Shown one piece after another: positions 51,446 through 64,000 of a stretch of DNA of 64,000 nt. The stretch is from Marsupella aquatica (lineage: Eukaryota; Plantae; Marchantiophyta). The first letter of the stretch is position 1; the number at the start of each line of letters is the position of its first letter. A model generated the notes under the pieces. That model worked only from the letters and a program-made list of their open reading frames with translations. It was not told where the DNA came from and made no database searches. The translations under genes and the position numbers were made by a program. The stretch is from NCBI GenBank assembly GCA_973895155.1, contig OZ316894.1:26335240-26399239 (forward strand), written 5' to 3'.

Positions 51446-54417
51446 TGACAACGTCAGCTGAGCTTGAATCACAAAATTATAAGTCAATGCATCTTTCAAA
51501 TTGGTAACATGAGGCTTAGATCGTCTGGGCACACGATCACAAAAAAAGCTAATTGCTGGCAAATGGAGCACAGGCATGGAATTTTACCAATATCTTGAGA
51601 TGGGGCATCAAAAGCTCAAGGAGTAGCAAGTGTGTCGTGCATTGGATGACAATATGGCACCCTACTGCTATGGTAGTATGACTCAACAGCTCAAGGTAGT
51701 TATTATTAAGTAGTTATGCAACTTATTTTTCACTGGTAAACACTAACATATTTGTTTTTGGTGAAATGAATTATGTGTTTCAATCAAAATTTTGGAATGA
51801 ATAACTAAAAAGGTTATAAGTGAAACTTTTAGTTATTTCATTCTTTGTATTTTTAATTTTCTTACTTCCTCTTTTGACGGCATGGCATCCCAGTTTTTAC
51901 GCAAAAACTGTCGCAAACATGATGGAGGGCAGTTATTGGACTCACAAATACGAATATTCTTGTTTGCTGCGGGTGCTGCTGACATGGTGCGCTCATGTGC
52001 CAGGGAGTTTGCAAGGAACCCCTCATGGGGGTCCATAAATGATCAATCTCCTTACTACTTGATGAAATCTGTCAATGTTAGATTCATTGGAAAGCTTGAG
52101 AGTTTTAGAAACTCTTGACCTCGCTAGTACTGCTTTGATAAAATCTTTCAATCTCACATTCATTGGAAAGCTAGAGAAAATTAGAAACTCATAATCTCCT
52201 TAGTATTTGACAAAATCTATCAATGTTAGGTTGATTGGAAAGCTAAAGAAATTGAAAAACTCATCATCTCCTTAGTACTTGACAAACTCTTTTAATGTTA
52301 TATTCATTGGAAAGCTAGAGAAATTTGTAAACTCATGATCCCTCTAGTACGGGACAAATATTCCCAATGTCACACATTAGAAAGCTAGAGAGATTGAAAA
52401 ACTCATGATCTCGTTAGTATTTGAGAATATCTAACATGAAATTTGTCAATGTCCGACTCAATGTTAGAAAGCTAGAAGAATTCATCTCCTTAGAACTTGA
52501 CAAAATTTATTAATGTCACACTCATTGGAAAGGCAGAGAAATTTAAAAACTTATTTGGAACTTGACCATTTGTTCATTGGAAACCTAGAAAATTTGGTAT
52601 TTAACTCATGATTTCCTTGCTATTTGACAAATTGTACCAATGTGATGCTCATTCAAAACCAACAGAAATTAAGAAGATTATTATCTTGTTTCTCACTCAT
52701 CTCTCAATGAACCTTTTGTGCTAAACACTTAGAGGCATTTTAGAAAATCATAACATTGAGAATGAATCTAACATTGGCAGATTTTTTCATTACAAATGAG
52801 ATCATAGGCCCTCAACCCATTTGGTTCCTATAAGTTTGAGAATGGCTGAAGGCTATTTGGACTCAAACTTCCAAGTTACCTACAATAAAATGTTGAGAGG
52901 AATGAAAAAAAGAATTTGGAAATGACCATCCCATATTGGAATGTTTGGGTTGGGTTCATAAGTAGACAATGATTGGAGACAAGTAGGAGATAAATCATGA
53001 CATATAAAGGATCTACGATTGAAATTGATTTAAACAATTAGCTTCAATGATCATGAATACAAACAATTCAAAATTAGGGAGAAGTAGGGATGAGCACTTA
53101 TACCGAGATGCAAATTCCTTCTCTTCCAAGTTGCCCCATGATCCCACATGTTTTGTTCACATAATAGGTGGTCATGCAGAACTCATGCAACAAGGCATAT
53201 GACCTCGCACATAACTTAGATACAACACTTAAAAAAATAAAATTTCCAAGGACTTGTCTCTCATTGAATTTAAGAATCTCTATAGGGAGATGGGGTCCAC
53301 AAACTAATTACCAAGATACAAGTTCTGGACAAATCTCAAAATGTCTTTACATTGCCTATGATGGGCATTCTCCTCAAGTATGTAGTGGTGTCCTGTTTAC
53401 AAGGCATTGTGGGATATAATGCTGAAAAAACAGAGATGTTCATGGCTAGTTTTGAGTACATATTATTGCTTGTAATGCTGGGAAAGAGCACCTTAATACT
53501 CTTAATGGTCTGAGAGATTTTTGTTTTTACTAAGTGTGGTAAAATTAGAGGAGAATCTTCCAAAAGAGGTGATCCAAATCTTGGCCAAGCATTCTTCTCC
53601 AAGAGCGCACTGAAATATACAAAGATAAAAATCACTCAGGTTATTAAGGGTGACTTTACAAGATGTTGGGGGCACTTTCAACTTCTTTTGTTATCCAAGA
53701 TGTGATAAGGGCCATCTATTGGGGAGAAATTGTTCACTTTACAAACAATTGGGGGCCATTTCCTTCTAAATGCGGTTGATCTTACATGAACTGCGGTCCA
53801 ACTGTTGCTTATATGGATCACAGCTTTGTCCCAAATTTTAGACCACATCTATGAGAGGTCTTGTCAGAGCAAGGAGCACCCTAGCCAAAGAACTTTAGGG
53901 TGGAGAGTGTCCGCAACTTGTCTCCTAGCAAATTTTTTCTAGCACAATTTGCTACACTATGTTTTACTAGAAGTTGAGTGCCATAAAATGATTCCAAACT
54001 CTATTCCCAACTCTCCTATACAGCATCTCTTACAGTTACTAGGTTGGTCTATTTGGTCTATTGTAACGCTATGCGGACCAAACCCAATAAATTAAAACAA
54101 AAAAAAGACAAGTGAGAAAAAAGACAACCCCAATGGATTATTGTAAGGTTATTCAGTTGTGGCCTTATTGGGTTTTTTGGTTGTTGTATACCGGATGCTC
54201 TATAGCGCTTTGACTGAATACAAAATTCATCCGTGAGTTCTCCAAGATCTAATGATTGGTATCCAACGGTGCCTATTTCAGGAGGTACTGAAAAACCCCA
54301 TTGGATCTCCTTTTTGACATATCATCCCTACCATATCCACTCATCCATCCAGTAAAAATATAAAAAGAAAACTCTTTGTGCTACATGTAATGTATACACA
54401 AAGCAAATAGCGTACAC

Positions 54418-54653
54418 CAGCATATTTTTTAAGGTTTCTTGTTTTTAGCAGATGTGGCTAATGTCACTCTAAGGGATAGATGCTAGGAATATTCGGGATC
54501 AGTTTTTAGTGATTATATCCTGACCATCAAATATCCCTAGATTTACGGAAAACCATTGGATTCTAGCAAATGGGGTCTAGCCAAAAGAGACTAACACTTT
54601 TTGGGGAGGGTGAATTTGGCACAAATTCAAATCCACACCTAAAAAATAAGCTG
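54418..54653. mobile_element. hAT-family MITE (236 bp)
   Basis: TIRs are CAGCATATTTTTTA and TAAAAAATAAGCTG, flanked by a perfect 8-bp TSD GCGTACAC (54410-54417 and 54654-54661). Confidence 0.85.
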
Positions 54654-54831
54654 GCGTACACCATAGGAGATGCTCGTGGCCCCAGGTGACTATCTTTAGG
54701 ATGTCAAATAAGTAATACATTAGCTTGAATGGTAAAATACCATCAAACTGGCCATGAGCCACATGAGGCATGAGGCGTAGCCAAAGAATAGAAACATTAT
54801 TTTACGCGGGAACCTGGAAGTCAGAGTATAC

Positions 54832-55019
54832 TAGAGTAGAGTATTCTAGAGTAGAGTAGAGTAGAGTAGAGTAGAGTAGACACTACTGGCATCTCCCAGC
54901 TGGGAGGGGGGAAGGGAGGAGCTCGGCAGGTTCAAACTCAAGAGTACAGTAGTGAGTAGAGGAGAGTGCAATCTTGTGACTCGATCTTGTGACTCGTGTG
55001 TGTGTGTGTGTGTGTGTGT
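54832..55019. repeat. (AGAGT)n and (GT)n microsatellites in the EBS/SHL upstream region
   Basis: tagagtagag... spans ~54832-54880 and (gt)12 spans ~54996-55019. Confidence 0.85.
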
Positions 55020-55728
55020 AAGTTTCAGGCCATTAATCTCTAGCTGTTCTGCTTTGCTTTGCTCTTCGCGGTCCAGTTTAGGGGTTCGCTCCTCCGTCCC
55101 GCCGTGTCTGAGTTACTCCTGATTCCTGCCCAGAGCGCCCTCCGGCTATGGTGTAATAATGCTATGCTAAGCCCTTCACTGCAGTGTGTAGAGTAGTAGA
55201 TTGGTTTGTTTTGTTGCTGCCTCGACTGGGTTTTGGTCTCATGATCGCCCTTCTCGTGATAACGTCGGGACGGCGTGGGAAAGGAGGATCCGTGAGTTGA
55301 GAGACGGATGCAGGGAAAAAGGTGGGTGATGAAAGTGCGAGGCGGATGAGGGGATGCTAGTGAAGTGAAGTGAGGCGAAGGCGGGCTAGGGGAGGATTTA
55401 GGGTGCAATGCAAGGCGAGAAGATTGTGCTGCAGCGATGGCGATTTGTAGAAGTTTACTGCTGCTGTAGAGCGTGATCCGTGATCTTCTTTCGTCCCTGT
55501 GGCCGTTGAGGAGGGAGGGACGGGGTTAGAGCAGGTAGAAGAAGGTGATGGAGGAGGAGAGGAGATCGGCCGCTGGATTTGTGGTTTTAAATAGAGAGAG
55601 GACGTTGGTTACGACGGTGCTTTGATGCTGCCCATTGGGGGATGCGCGGGTTGTCGCGAAGGTGGTAGAAGTACTAATAGTGTCGTCTGCGGTGTCTATA
55701 GCAGTGCAATAGCAGGGGTTGGTCATTC

Positions 55729-57797
55729 ATGGCAAGGAAGCGAGCAAGGCGTTCTATCGAGTCTTTCCAGGTCGCCAGCACGGGCAAGGTGATCAGTGGT
55801 ACGTACAAATGCCTGTTCATACCTCATGCATGTACTTTCTGCTTCGTCGCTTTTCTTTACTGATTGCGTTGGTCTACTTTCCTTTCCCTTTGATTTTATG
55901 AGCGTTGGTACATTTTCCTGGCCGTCGTTCTTCCTGCCTTCAAAGACGTCCGCCGCGCTGGACGTGCGTTGAGAGTTGGGTAGGACAGAATTTTTTAAAG
56001 ATCTGTCCCGTCTCGTTTCTTTGTAAATCTTGGAATCATACGAGATTGTCACCCTCTTGCTCTCGTCAGTCACAAAAACACTTGAAATTGTTCCTCAACT
56101 TATGTTGATGCTATTGCAGCCCGATGGGTGTAATCCCGAGCTCCTGCATTGCCATCATTCTATCAGAAATGGTCTTCTCTGCTCCTGTTAGTGACTTTCG
56201 TATTGACTGTCCCCCACACTTCATCGTTGCGGAAACCTCTTTGCAGCACTTGTGACAACTTTGTATTGTTCAATCCAAGCAGGGCTTTTAGAAGTACAGG
56301 ACTTGGTTCATGCATTGACCTACCGATATGGTGTCCGCTCTTGCCATGAACGGTCGCTCTTATTTGTTTTGGTTTCAACCCACTACAATGTCTAGCGCTG
56401 GACTTCACCACGAACCTTCGAACGTTTTCTTGCTGTTCGTGAAGTTCTTGGGGCTCTAGTTTTGCTTGAGTGGGTGCCCTGACGTTGTCTAGGTTTTCTC
56501 AAAATCTTGCAGCGGGCGAATGTGTCATATTACGTCCTCCTGATCCTACGACGCCACCGTATATCGCCAAGGTGGAGCGAATTGAAGTGGACAACACTGA
56601 GACGGCTGTGCTCGTGGTTCGATGGTACTACAGGCCTGAGGAGTCCGTCGGTGGGAGAAGGGAGTTTCACGGATCGAAGGAGTTGTTTCTGTCCGACCAT
56701 TACGACGAATGCAGCCCGGAGGCTGTGGAATCTAAGTGCATTGTACACACATTCAAAGAATATACCAGGCTTGAAAATGTGGGAGTGGAGGATTTCTTCT
56801 GTCGGTTTGAGTACAAGGCTGCTGCTGGGACCTTCTCTCCCGATCGCGTTGCTGTGTAAGTACGCATAATTTCAATGTCCACCAGGTTTTTGGATGTAAT
56901 GACCACGTCGATGAGTTGTGGGTTGTGCGTCGAAGAGATTAAATTCTTGAATGATCTAAGAGGTTCGCAGTTCATCTTAAGCGACGATCAGAAGAAAGAT
57001 GTGCCTTGACGAATAATTGCAATCAGGGGATATATAGCTCGACGTAGTACGTGATCATGTCTTGTCCTCTAACGTTGCCCATTCTGAGGGAGCCAAAGTC
57101 CGTAATCCAGGTTTGGTGAGGTCGATTCCCTTGCTTTTGGCTGAGCTCGTTACCAAGTTTCGTGTCTATTTAAGCCTGCATCTTGCACAGTGATCACGTA
57201 GACTCCTTTCGTTCCGGGGTGCGCCTGCCCATGACCACTTGTGTCCCATCAAGGTTGTGCATTTGTCCATGTGAGGTCTTCACCTTTTACAGAGCGCAGC
57301 AAATTTTCAATGTATCAGTCGTGTTTCATTTGCAGAGGAATTGGCTTGCACCTTACTGTACACAGTTTGACTGGCTTTCGGAGTGGTGTCATTTGTGTTC
57401 CTTTGCAGTTTCTCATATATACTAGCAGATTTGCTAAAGTTCCATGTTCTCTCCATTTTTTCTGTGGGTGCAGGTATTGTGAATGTGAGATGCCGTACAA
57501 TCCTGACGATTTGATGGTGCAATGTGAACAATGCAAAGACTGGTGAGCGCACTAGCATCCCACCTGCTTTAGACATTGATAGTTTGTACCATTGTTGTAT
57601 TCGTGATACACTCATTACCAAAGATTGGATGGTAGCGTTTGGTACGTGTGAAGTAAGTTGTGATGGATGATTTGTGCAGGTTTCATCCGCGATGCATCAA
57701 AAGAACAGCTGAGGAAATAAAAAGCATGGGTTCTTTTGTCTGTCCCGATTGCACGCAAAATGGGGGTTCCAATGGTCATCATAACGAAGGGGCATAA
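55729..57797 (+). CDS. EBS: BAH-PHD chromatin reader of the EBS/SHL family; exons 55729-55798, 56513-56855, 57474-57542, 57680-57797
   Basis: The spliced translation is [15 protein letters not shown]...AGECVILRP...PPYIAKVE...[29 protein letters not shown]...[47 protein letters not shown]...FVCPDC. All introns are GT-AG and in frame. EBS versus SHL orthology cannot be resolved by eye. Confidence 0.93.
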
Positions 57798-60466
57798 GTT
57801 GTAGAATAACTAGGCTTGCAGTTTTGACTCATATTATAGCGGGTTCCAACCCTTAAACTATCAACCACTTGTCATAGCAAGAGAATACTGCTGGCCTCCC
57901 AGAAGGCTACTGGTAGGCTGTCGTGCGTAACAAACGAGCTCTTTCAGACTCTTGGACTAGCACATGTAGAGTAGATATGATAGTCCTTGGCTGAGGAGAT
58001 ATTTTTCTGTCAAGCTTTACTGGTTGAAAGATGAAAAGATACCAGTCGGCCACACTTATTAGTTAGATGTCTCCGTTCAGATTCCATTTACCTGCGGTTC
58101 ACGGGTAGATTGTCTCCCAGTTGCATAGGGTGCATAGACGAAAGACCCAATGTCAATGGTTTTTGAAAGGCGAAGATGAGTTTCCCTGTACATAATTCTT
58201 GGTGCCAAAGATTCGTCGTAGAGATGTGTTCGGATTTGAGGTCGGGACAACTCTCTAACCTAAGGTCGAAAAGGGGAGAGATTAAGTAGCACAATAGGCT
58301 CATCATAATGTGCCTTAGCTCAAATTAAAAGTGCTTCTCTCATGAAATGTACCACCCTTGTATATCTTCCTCAAAAGTTTGATCACAGCAGATTTAGTTT
58401 AGACTCTTGAGCATCATTTCCAGTCTATGGTACTGAAACTTTCACTTTATCCCGAGTTTCTTATTTACCGTGATTCCTTGTCCGATAAAGACTTACGAGT
58501 AGGCTAAAGGAACGTGCGCAGCAGGAAGAAGTTATTTCTAAGACGGTGAAATTTGTGTAATTGCTGGATTATTATATTAAGGCGTCGAGTAATGTGACAA
58601 GCCGCTGAGAAGTATCGATGTGCATTCAGCATTAGTCCATGAAGCTGCTGCACTACTTAAAGAGGAGAAAGCAGAGATTCAACACGAGACCATGGTCCTG
58701 CGGCGCGAGGTAGAGAGGAGAAAGCAATGACTCAGCACGAGCCCATGGATCTGTGGCGCGAGGTAGAGACGAGAAGGCAAAGATTCCGAGGTTCTCTTGG
58801 CCAGGAACTTTAGAACGCATGGCTTCGAAATGTACATTGACAGAGTGGATGCTAGATCGAGAAGTGATGAGATTGCCATCACTTCAGAGTCACCCCGTGA
58901 TTCTAAGGCAATACATTGCCAAACTTTGCGAGAAACCGCCATTCGTTGTGGTAGGCAAGCAGGATACCAATTTCACTGTCTTCGTTCAATCCTTCGTCAT
59001 CACCAATTGTATATGCTTGGGGCCATTGAAATTGGTGGCGTCCCTAGCCACCAGGGAATTTCTCTAGCAGCAGAGAATTTGAAAATTTGTAACTATTTCC
59101 TCCTTCTCCATCCATGTAACAAAGCTAACATCAAGGACAATCTTGTGCACACTTAACTTTGTTGCTTTGAAACATCCAAACTGAAATTCATTCAAAAAGG
59201 CAGAGTACAACAGGGTGGCCCACAAAATTGGGGACAACACCGATGGGGGACCAGAGGTCAAAGTGCCAAGAGCCAGGGAGGCCGGAGGCTAGACCTCAAC
59301 AAAGAGGGAGCTAACCACGATGCTCAACTACTGTAGGTGGAGCAACACACTCTTAAAGACCTGCCAGTGAAACAGCCCGGGGCCACCCGGTGGTTCCGAG
59401 ACCAAAAGGGACTCATCAATCTAACTGCAGAAGAGACCACTACCTTGCAAAAAACCTACTAATCATGGAGTTCTTGGGGGCACTGGAGGGAGCTGCAGAA
59501 GACAATCTCGGGCACACTTCAACTCTCCTAGCCATTTTCACTGCACTGACCGCACTCACCAAATAACCGTAACTTAGCTCTTCCACTCAGCATTGTGGCC
59601 ATCAGAGAAAGCTCATTCCATGTGCTCATTAGTGGAAACTCATTCCATATGAAAATTACTAACAATTGAACTTGATAAAATATGTGAGTTGTGTTTGAGT
59701 TTTGAATTCCAAGATGTTCTTATGAGTACTACTATGGTGAACCTCTACCTACATCAATACCACTTATTATAAGAGATCCATATTTCTATACGTGTATCCT
59801 ATCTACGATCTGGAAATTTAGTTTTTGTATATACCTGGTATTTGGAAAAAAACCAGGTCAATACCATACCTTGCCTGTCAAAATCGTCCGTTCTCCCTTT
59901 ACCCAGGTGATATAGAGACAACCTTGTACCACTCCCATGCCTTCCATCATTGTACTTCACTTCTTTTTGCTGAAGGGAGTGTGGGCCTTCCCTTATTCCT
60001 GTAGTTCCTTTTTCAGTCAAAAACTCCTGAACGCTACGTTTCGAGCTGACAATCCTCCAGGGATGTAACGCAACCTGCCAAAACATAAATGCATTTTATT
60101 CCCTGAAAAGCAGACTGATCCAATCTGGATGAAAGAAAAATGATCAGAAATCAATAACTCAGCTGGAGTTAGCGCATATGATCAATGTCCACCAACAATA
60201 CCTGCCTACGATGGAGTCCTTCCTGCCCCCAAACTTGAGTTTCCAGAAAATCTATTCGGCGAGCTCGCCGTACAATGGAACCAGAAGAGCAGAAGTTCAA
60301 CTTTGAAGGTCTGCCTTGCCGACCTTCAGAGAGACTTTGATTTTAGCCATCAACAGGAGCTGTCAACATGTTCCGGAATTCGTGGAGGGATGGAACGTCA
60401 CGCCAGAGTCTCGATCACGCTCTTCGAGAAACAACATATTTCTTGGATGGCATGAATTGGATTGAA

Positions 60467-62080
60467 TCAAATTCGCCTGTACACTGCTCGATAGACTCGT
60501 CCTCCGTTAGCCTCAACGTGAGCTTCACGCTCACTGGGTACTCCCAGAGGATTCTCCTCAACCCATCCCTCCGAGTCACGATTCAGAAGGGAAACATCAT
60601 CCCCAGCATCCCCGGCAGCAACCTGAAGGGAGCTCCCAAGATGCTCATCAAACTCCGCTCTCATGTCTAAGGCAACTTCCTTAACGTCAGACTGGACGAA
60701 AATTCCCCCACCAGGCTTAAGGTGATAGATAACGGCATGAACCAGCTCCTTCTGCACAATCCTCCTCTTCCGATGCTTCCTCTTGAATTGAGGGTCGGGG
60801 CAGAGAATGGACACGTACGCCAACGGGCCGGGATAAGTGGCCAGCAAAGATTTGAAAGCCATGGTCGCATTGGCGGTGACGAAGTGCACGTTACCGCTCA
60901 GATTGAGCTCCTCCGACCACAGCTTCGCTCGGTCCACGAGCCGCTCTCGAATATCCAACCCTGAAGAAAATGTCAATAATCATGACAGTAAGGTTTGATT
61001 TCGGAAGCGAAGGTGTGGGTTGTTTGGTGAAACGAAGATAGCTTCCAAGAAATCTTTGACATAACACACAGGAAAACCACTTCGAGTTGCGCTAACCTTG
61101 AACGTTCGCCCAGCAAGTAACGTTTAATTCCTGAGATTGGAATGTAGAAGTACTAGATAAACTAAAGAAGCTCTGCCCGAAATCATTGGAAACAAGGTGT
61201 AGAGGAAAGCAACGACCGACGGAACAGAGGCACACAATTTATAAAGAATTCAGGTTTCTTTTGCAATAGAGGACGTAGAGGTGTTGCTCAACCAAAGACA
61301 CTCTCGCCGAAATGATTACCAAAAAAATGCTTAGAAAGATCACTTAGCAAGTCAGATTAATTCTGGAATTGAAGATGTAAACTTATTGAGTGTCCAGCAG
61401 ACTCTTTTGTCAGAATCATGAGCAGAATGTCAAGGACTTACTTTGGATTGCACTAATCTATTAAATTCAGTAAGCGTAACATGCTTGACATCGGATGCGA
61501 TGCGTAAATTGTGTTTCATGCTCCAAAAACTCTTTTGCCGGGATTATTAAAGACACGATGTAAGAAAATGCGTTGAATTCAACTGACCTAAAAAGTTCTG
61601 AGTTCCTCCTCTCCGCTTGGCGAGGACCATGAGGAGCCGGCCCGGCCCACACCCAATGTCCACCATGAGCGGCAAAGAGCAATCCGCGAACACAGTCTCC
61701 CACTTCACGGGTGCGAGAGGCGCGACCAAACTCGCCTTGAGAGGGTTCACGTGCTGCCGGACGCGCACCCCTCCTACCATCTCCTGGATCGCTGGCAGCT
61801 CCAGCTCCGCGAACACTTCTCGCAGCAGCTTCGGGCTCTGCTTCTCAGGCTTCTTCCTCACCTCCGTCGAAACCGACATTGATGTCGAGTTCACAGCTTC
61901 ACAACCACATGATGTGGTGGAGATCGAAATTGATTTCTGCCACCGGGGAGAAATGACGAACGAAGATGTTAGTGACGACAAAGGCGATAAATTCATGAGC
62001 TCTGAGCTGCAGATGAGATTTCGGGCCCGAGCCCACATCAATGCTTCGCTTCCTGCTGCTCGAAAGACGAGCGACGCCAT
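60467..62080 (-). CDS. trmB: tRNA (guanine-N7)-methyltransferase, TrmB-like, with organellar transit peptide; exons 62080-61588 and 60960-60467
   Basis: A Ser-rich N-terminal presequence precedes RVRQHVNPL, the SAM motif VDIGCGPGR, NFLG|LDIR across a GT-AG intron, CPDPQFKRKHRKRR, FVQSDV and NPLGVPSERE. Confidence 0.92.
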
Positions 62081-62288
62081 GATTCCAGATCGGGGCAATG
62101 CGAGGGAGATGAGCGATGCCACGGAAGCAGCAACGCCGATGGCATTGGAATAATAGACGTTGCTGTTCAGCCAAACAGTGCAGTACTGAGATTTTTTAGT
62201 GAAATAGTTGGAGGGAGAGTCAGAAACGAGGAAAATGATGTTTCCATGGACCGATCCCGTGAAACATGCAACCACCATGGACGGTGAC

Positions 62289-62569
62289 CAGCATATTTTT
62301 TAAAGTATTTTACTTTTTTGCCAGAGTGGCGAATGGACAGAGTGTGTGAAGGGAAAAGATGCTCAAAAGATTTTTTATTCAATTGTTTTACTCACCTTCA
62401 GATCTCCCTAGATTTAAGGCTGATGGTTAGATTCTGGCTAATGGGGCCTGAAATTAGATGGAACACTGTCTAATGAGACAGAAAAATAGTGGCCAATATT
62501 TGCCAAAAGTGGGGAAAGATTGTTTGGGAGGTGAAATTTGGCTCATTTTTGCCACTTAAAAAAACACTG
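62289..62569. mobile_element. hAT-family MITE (281 bp) in the trmB promoter region
   Basis: Termini are CAGCATATTTTTTAA and TTAAAAAAACACTG, with a perfect 8-bp TSD ACGGTGAC (62281-62288 and 62570-62577). It shares the 5' TIR with 54418-54653. Confidence 0.85.
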
Positions 62570-64000
62570 ACGGTGACGCCTTCAACTCATGCTCATTGAA
62601 AACCTACTAGTTTCCAAACAGATTTCATCACCAAAGTTGTGGGTGAACTTCTTGGCTTGTTGACTGTGGTCTTTTGGGGGCCTTCTTCCTCCCTTTATTG
62701 AGTTGCTTTGCCTTAAAAGGACTCTGGTACAAAGGTTTTGTTTTTTGGCAGTGTGTTGCATACTTCAACATGAGGAATTTGACGCCCAGTGGTGGATGAC
62801 AAGGTTGGTCTTTGAAAGCTCCATGGACCACATTTACAAAAATTTAAGTCTAATTGTAATAACTTGATATTCATAAATTCCAATATTTGTAGTTTGGGGG
62901 ATATGTTGGAAGTTTGGGCGATATGTTGGAGGAGTAGCTAAGCTAGGCTTTTATCAAAGTGACAGTGAATGTTTGGCCATTTTGGTTGATTTCCAATTAT
63001 CAATTAATGTAGAGGGGTAAATTTCATTAGATAAATTTTAATTGTGCTCCATGGAGCACTGTGTCCAACATGGTGGTCTATCCCGGCTTAAGCTTTTCAA
63101 AATGAGGGGACTCAAACCTCAAAATTTGATGGACCTTAAGTTATTAGTTAAGGTTACTGACATAAAACAATATAAGCTACCATATTCATAATACCTCACA
63201 TTTTGTGATAAAGATCAGTCATATGCCATGGCCATAGGTCACTGTAGAGGCTAATGGAAAAACATTAAATAATCCTGTGAAAGAATTATGACCATTTGAA
63301 ACTATGAAGCTTTGGGACTCCCCAATATCTCCATTGATATCTAACACATATACTCTTCTTTCTAGATTAGGTAGCTTTGCGTTTGCCTCTTGTATAGAGT
63401 TTGGTGTTTGTCCCTTTCTACCTCAATGCTTTCCTTTCATTCTACTTTGTTTTGCCCTATGTCATAGATGATCACCACTTCTTTCTTGGGCTTGGCTAAT
63501 GTTGTTTGGAAAGGTATTTCTAATAAACTTAATATCTCTACATGGTTCACAAAGATTAGTCGTCTGTAAGAATTAGTGTTACTGAACGTTGTTCATGAGT
63601 TAAAATTAACACTAATTTTTGTTGGTTATGCACAATTTTTTTTTTTCACTTTTTCACTCTTCACTTTTTTCACTTTCTCAAGAAAATGGGTGATCTGGAG
63701 TCCAAAGTCACACTAATTCTTGTCTTTATTTTATACTGCTTTTTCCACTTTTTGTCCAAAGTGACATTAATCCATGTGAGCCGAATCAGTGTTAGAACGG
63801 AATCAGTGTTAGAAACACTGATTTATGAGTAGGGCCCATAACCTTATTCACTCGAAATAGTACCAGTAACACTACTTGTCATGAACATTGTTTGGCTGAA
63901 AATTTAAAAGTCGTGAATATGTAAACAGCAAAGCTTGACTTTCAATTCTCCCTTGATATCTAATGGAATAGCTCTTCTTGGGCTAGTTAGAAAATATTGT

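Larger units (their letters stand above)
48295..52038 (+). mobile_element. Family copy D (~3.7 kb composite) inserted in copy B at TAA; contains copy E and gene fragments
   Basis: gagaaTAA|ttagtccatggacccc...ggaacccctcatgggggtccaTAA|atgatc. The flanks rejoin to match copy A. Confidence 0.6.
46762..53310 (-). mobile_element. GGACCCC/GGGGTCC-family element, copy B (~1.6 kb net), host to nested copies C and D
   Basis: Segments 46762-46935, 48111-48294 and 52039-53310 join into a continuous reverse complement of copy A. Confidence 0.7.

Noticed and set aside
57025-57135. tRNA-Ala-like start (ggggatatatagctc) in EBS intron 2
   Set aside because: No cloverleaf or correctly spaced B box could be built.
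58679-59156. Short overlapping ORFs between EBS and trmB
   Set aside because: No recognisable motifs or splice structure; they are partly produced by a small local duplication.
59211-59605. Possible hAT MITE beginning CAGGGTGGCCCACAA
   Set aside because: The opposite terminus is too degenerate and no 8-bp TSD was found.
62081-62278. Upstream in-frame extension of trmB exon 1
   Set aside because: It is not transit-peptide-like and abuts the MITE. ATG 62080 fits better, although this is not proven.

Overview
This is land-plant nuclear DNA with spliceosomal introns. The TE ORF style suggests a bryophyte or liverwort, which is an inference. Five intact genes are supported: (1) a hidden 2-exon, 63-aa small membrane protein, (2) an LRR-III-type receptor pseudokinase, (3) a 16-exon CYP97A carotenoid hydroxylase, (4) an EBS/SHL BAH-PHD chromatin reader and (5) an organellar TrmB tRNA m7G46 methyltransferase. 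Between them lie LINE remnants, a complete but decayed Copia element (TCCAT TSD) with a solo LTR of the same family, hAT MITEs with 8-bp TSDs, and an MFS-transporter pseudogene. Two structures stand out. First, an LTR-element remnant with no visible gag-pol keeps an intact ~809-aa accessory ORF bracketed by two CGTAA arrays, and CpGs appear locally retained around the arrays; this is a candidate sequence-specific anti-silencing module. Second, 37.5-53.3 kb is a nest of a non-autonomous TE family with asymmetric ends (TTA[AG]TCC[GA]TGGACCCC ... GGGGTCC[GA]TAA), flanking TAA repeats, a 3' hairpin and internal minisatellites; one copy carries sulfite oxidase exon fragments. All family assignments come from motif recognition by eye, and no database searches were run.
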